A stretch of 64,000 bases of DNA, taken from NCBI GenBank assembly GCA_038087875.1, contig JAXLNO010000320.1, forward strand, positions 62,001 through 126,000, written 5' to 3'. Shown here one piece after another: positions 59,981 to 64,000 of this stretch (position 1 is the stretch's first letter; each line of letters opens with the position of its first letter). Origin of the DNA: Malacoraja senta. Taxonomy: Eukaryota. The position numbers and the translations under genes are program-made. The notes below the pieces were generated by a model that worked only from the letters and a program-made list of their open reading frames with translations, had not been told where the DNA came from and did not search any database.

Positions 59981-60718
59981 ACATCTGATTAAAAGTGTTT
60001 TTTGAATGTATTAAAAATGCTGAATATAATTAAAATACTTGGGCATGAAACACTAAGCTGACTAACTTTTCTATCAGAAGGGAGTCACGTCTGAATCCTC
60101 CAAACAAATGAACTTTGGATTTCAGAACCCTTTTGATGATTTGTATAGTTCTTGTAAACTGGGGACAATCACCATTACCAGAAATCTGCTGTTTCTCCCT
60201 GAAGTGCAGCTTGTATATCATCAATCATTCAAGTTTTCTTGCATGAAATGAACTCGAACATGAAGACCACATATGGATTCCCTGTATTTTGACTTTGTTT
60301 AGCTCTGTACTTTGCACAACTTGTTCAGTTATCCATGACCTGTTTTTGTTATCCATGACCTGTTCACTGAACCTTTCTGCAACAATCGACCAAAAAAACA
60401 ATAGAGACACATTCTAGCTCCGACTTTAATACTTTCCATTGTAATGCTCTTTTGGTGTTGGGTATTAGTTTATGTGTAGCGGGATACAGAGGAAACTTAG
60501 TTTTGCATGCTATCCAGACAAATCATACCATACGTGAGTACATCAGGTAGTACAAGGGAAAATAAAAAGAGTGTCGAATGTAGTGTTGCAGGTACCGAGA
60601 AATTGCAGATTTTAAAAAGTGCAAGGGCTGGAATGAGGTGGACTGGAAGACCGGGAATTCATCCGAAGCATATGAGAGGTTCATTCAAGAGACTGATAAC
60701 AGTGGGGAAGAAGCTGTT

Positions 60719-63700
60719 CATAGAAACATAGAAAATAGGTACAGGAGTAGGCCATTTGGCCCTTCGAGCCAGCACCGCCATTCAACATAATCATGGCTGA
60801 TCATCCAAAATCAGTACCCTTTTCCTGCTTTTTCCCCCATATCCCTTGATTCCTTTAGCCCTAAGAGCTAACTCTCTTTTGAAAACATCCAGTGAATTGG
60901 CTTCCACTGCCTTCTGTGGCAGAGAATTCCATAGATTCACAGCTCTCTGGGTGAAAATGTTGTTCCTCATCTCAGTCCTAAATGGCCTACCCCTTATTCT
61001 TAAACTGTGACTCCTGGTTCTGGACTCCCACCAACATCGGGAACATTTTTACTGCATCTAGCCTGTCTAATCCTTTAAAGAATTTTATATGTTTCTATAA
61101 GATATCCTCTCATCCTTCTAAATTCCAGTGAATACATGCCCAGTCGACCCATTCTTTCATCATATGTCAATCCTGCCATCCCGGGAATTAACCTGGTGAA
61201 CCCACCCTGCACTCCCTCAATAGCAATAATGTCCTTCCTCAAATTAGGAGACCAAAACTGCATACAATACTCCAGGTGCGGTCTCACCAGGGCCCTGTAC
61301 AACTGCAGTAGGACCTCCTTGCTCCTAAACTCAAATCCTCTCGCAATGAAGGCCAACATGCCATTAACTTTCTTCACTGTCTGCTGTACCTACCTGCATG
61401 CTTACTTTCAATGACTGATGTACAAGGACACCCAGGTCTCGTTGTACCTCCCCTTTTCCTAATCTGACACCATTCAGATAATAATCTGCCTTCTGTTCTT
61501 GTCACCAAAGTGAATAACCTCACATTTATCCACATTATACTGCATCTGCCATGCATCTGCCTACTCACCCAACCTATCCAAGTCACACTGCAGCCTCATA
61601 GCATCCTCCTCGCAGCTCACACTGCCACCTAGCTTTGTGTCATCCACAAATTTGGAGATGTTACATTTAATTCCCTCGTCTAAATTGTTAATATATATTA
61701 TAAATAACTGGGGTCCCAGCACTGAGCGTTGCGGCACCCCACTAATCACTGCTTGCCATTCTAAAAAGGACCCTTTTTTTCATGCTTTTTTTCCCCCCTC
61801 TTAACCCCTTTCTCCCAGTATGCTGCTTCCTCTGGCCAATTTATATGCCTCTTCCCTGGATTTAACACTATCCTTAATTTCCCTCGTTAGCCATGGTTGA
61901 GCCGCCTTCTCTGTTATTTTTTTTTTGGCCAGACCAGGATGAACAATTTTTGTAGTTCATCCATGCGATCTTTAAATCTTTGCAATTGCATCTCCACCGT
62001 CAATCCTTTAAGTACGATTTGCCAGAATATCCTAGCCAATTCCCGTCTCATACCATTAAAGTCGTTCTTTAAGTTCAGGACCCTAGTCTCTGAATTAACC
62101 GTGTCGCTCTCCACCTTAATGCAGAATTCCACCATATTATGGTCACTGTTGCCCGAGGGGCTTTGCACAACAAGATTGCCAACTAATCCTTCCTCATTGC
62201 ACAATACCCAGTTTAGGATGGCCTGCCAACTACTTGGTTCCTCTACATATTGGCTTAGAAAACCATCCTGTATACAATCCAGGAAATCCTCCTCCTCAGC
62301 GCTGTTACCAATTTGGTTGGCCCAATCTATATATAGATTAAAGTCGCCTATGATAACTGCTGTACCTTTGCGACAAGCATCCCTAATTTCCTGTTTGATG
62401 CTATCCCCAACCTCCCTACTGCTGTTTGGTGGTCTGAATACAACTCCAACAAGTGTTTTCTGCCAGTGACTATTTTGCAGTTCTACTCACACAGATTCTA
62501 CAGCATCCAAGCTAATGTCTCTCCTTACCATTGCATTAATCTCCTCTTTAACCCAGCAATCCCACCCCACCACCTCTTCCTTTCTGTCTATCCTTCCTGA
62601 ATATCGAATACCCCTGCATGTTTAGTTCCCAGCCTTGGTCACCCTGGAGCCATGTCTCCGTAATTCCAACTATATCATATCCATTAACTATTAACTGCGC
62701 ATTCAATTCATCCAGTTTATTACAAATGCTCCTCGCATTAAGGTACAAAGCTTTCAGGTTTGTTTTTCTTTTCAGCCTTCTACCTTTTGCTTCTGTCCTC
62801 ATTTTATGTCCCCTTGTCTCCTTGCATTGGTTCCCATTCCCCTGCCCTATTAGTTTCAACGTGACCTTTTCTGCACTCTCTTTCCCGTTAACTGCACGCA
62901 TACGCTTCCACGTTGTTGACCCCCCCCCCCACTATTTAATTTAAACCCACCCGTGTAGCACTAGCAAACCTGCCTGCCAGAATGTTGGTCCGCTTCCAAT
63001 TAAGGTGCAACCTGTCCCTTTTGTACAGGTCACCCCTGCCCCAAAAGAGATCCCAGTGGTCTAGAAATCTAAATCCCTGCCCCCTGCACCAACTCCTCAG
63101 TCACACATTGAGATCCCTTATCTCCCTCCCTCACTTGTTCCCACCCTCACTTGCACGAGGAACTGGAAGCAAACCAGAGATAACCACCCAAGAGGTCCTG
63201 CTTTTCAGCCTCCTACCTAGTTCTCTTTACTCACATTGCAGAACCTTCCTCTTCTTACACATGTGATTTGTGCCTACATGCACAATTGTTCCCGGCTGCT
63301 CCCCTTCCCTCTCAAGGATGTGCTGAAGTCGGTCTGAGACGTCTTAGACCCTGGCACCAGGGAGGCAACACACCATCCTTGAGTCTCGCCTGTTGCCACA
63401 GAATCTCCTGTCCTCACTGACAATGGAGTCACCTACCACTACGGCTCTGCCTGACGTCGGCCTCGCTGGTCGAGCCTCAGCGCCAGGATTCGAGTCACAG
63501 ATCTGTCCGCCGCTTGGACTGGAAGTGTCGTCTGCCCCGACAGCTCCCAGGAGGGTGTACCTGTTTTCAAGAGGTACTTCCACTGAGGTCTCCTGCACTC
63601 GTTTCATCCCTTCCTTTCCGTCTCTAACCGTCGCACCTTCTGTACTCTTGGAGTGACGTCCTATCCAGGAAACGTTCGTTTTCCCGGATGGACCGCAGGT

Positions 63701-63830
63701 CATCCAGCTGCTGCTCCAGTTCCCTAACTCGGTCATTGAGGAGCTGCATCTGGACACAGTTCCCCCAGGTGTAGTGGTCAGAGACACCAGCAGTGCCCCT
63801 GACTTCCCACATCCTGCAACCGCACTGCAA
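60719..63830 (-). mobile_element. CR1 LINE, long copy with internal deletion (ORF1 plus ORF2 remnants)
   Basis: ORF1 Cys-rich start, coiled coil and GRAVVVGDSIV esterase-like motif; ORF2 APE (LYLNARSI..GITETWL) and RT end (SGVPQRSVLGP..FVDDTKL, LVRPHLEYC). Confidence 0.88.
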
Positions 63831-64000
63831 TAACAATCCTGCCATCACTGCAATAAGTCACAAGTTTAAATATCGGAACATACACAGAACCGATTTAAAT
63901 GTAGCAAATGTTCCTGTTTCTGTGGTACGTGCTTTCAAGCTTTTGTATCTTGTCACCTATCCTTCCTGATTGTGGTGAGTGGGTCAGAAAGTCAAGGATC

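Noticed and set aside
58151..64000. crebbp exon 21 (TISKDQFEKKKND-like)
   Set aside because: No matching peptide found; it presumably lies beyond the window.

Overview
Eukaryotic genomic DNA, most likely from a cartilaginous fish; this is inferred from HE1-type SINEs and a CR1/Penelope/Tc1-rich repeat landscape. The window lies inside one + strand gene, the CREB-binding protein acetyltransferase gene (crebbp rather than ep300). It holds 18 coding exons matching human CREBBP exons 3-20: TAZ1, KIX, the Q/P-rich linker, the bromodomain and the start of the RING region. Exons 1-2 and 21 onward lie outside the window. The introns contain two full-length Tc1 elements, a Tc1-type MITE, a full-length Gypsy element, two solo LTRs, a 5'-truncated L1 with an open 1013-aa ORF2, Rex1, CR1 and Tx1 fragments, HE1-type SINEs and Penelope-like elements carrying hammerhead-ribozyme core motifs. 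Main observations: (1) a 2.9-kb TIR-bounded non-autonomous DNA transposon in intron 13 that appears to have captured the first coding exon of a TDP2-like gene, plus a second in-phase exon-like segment; (2) a 254-nt AG-exclusion zone with a distant branch point feeding an in-frame 30-nt alternative acceptor at exon 20; (3) a 1-bp frameshift in exon 10, probably an assembly error; (4) a 2.2-kb fold-back Penelope element beside exon 7; (5) a GC-AG intron after exon 11. Homology calls come from my recall of the protein families, not from database searches.
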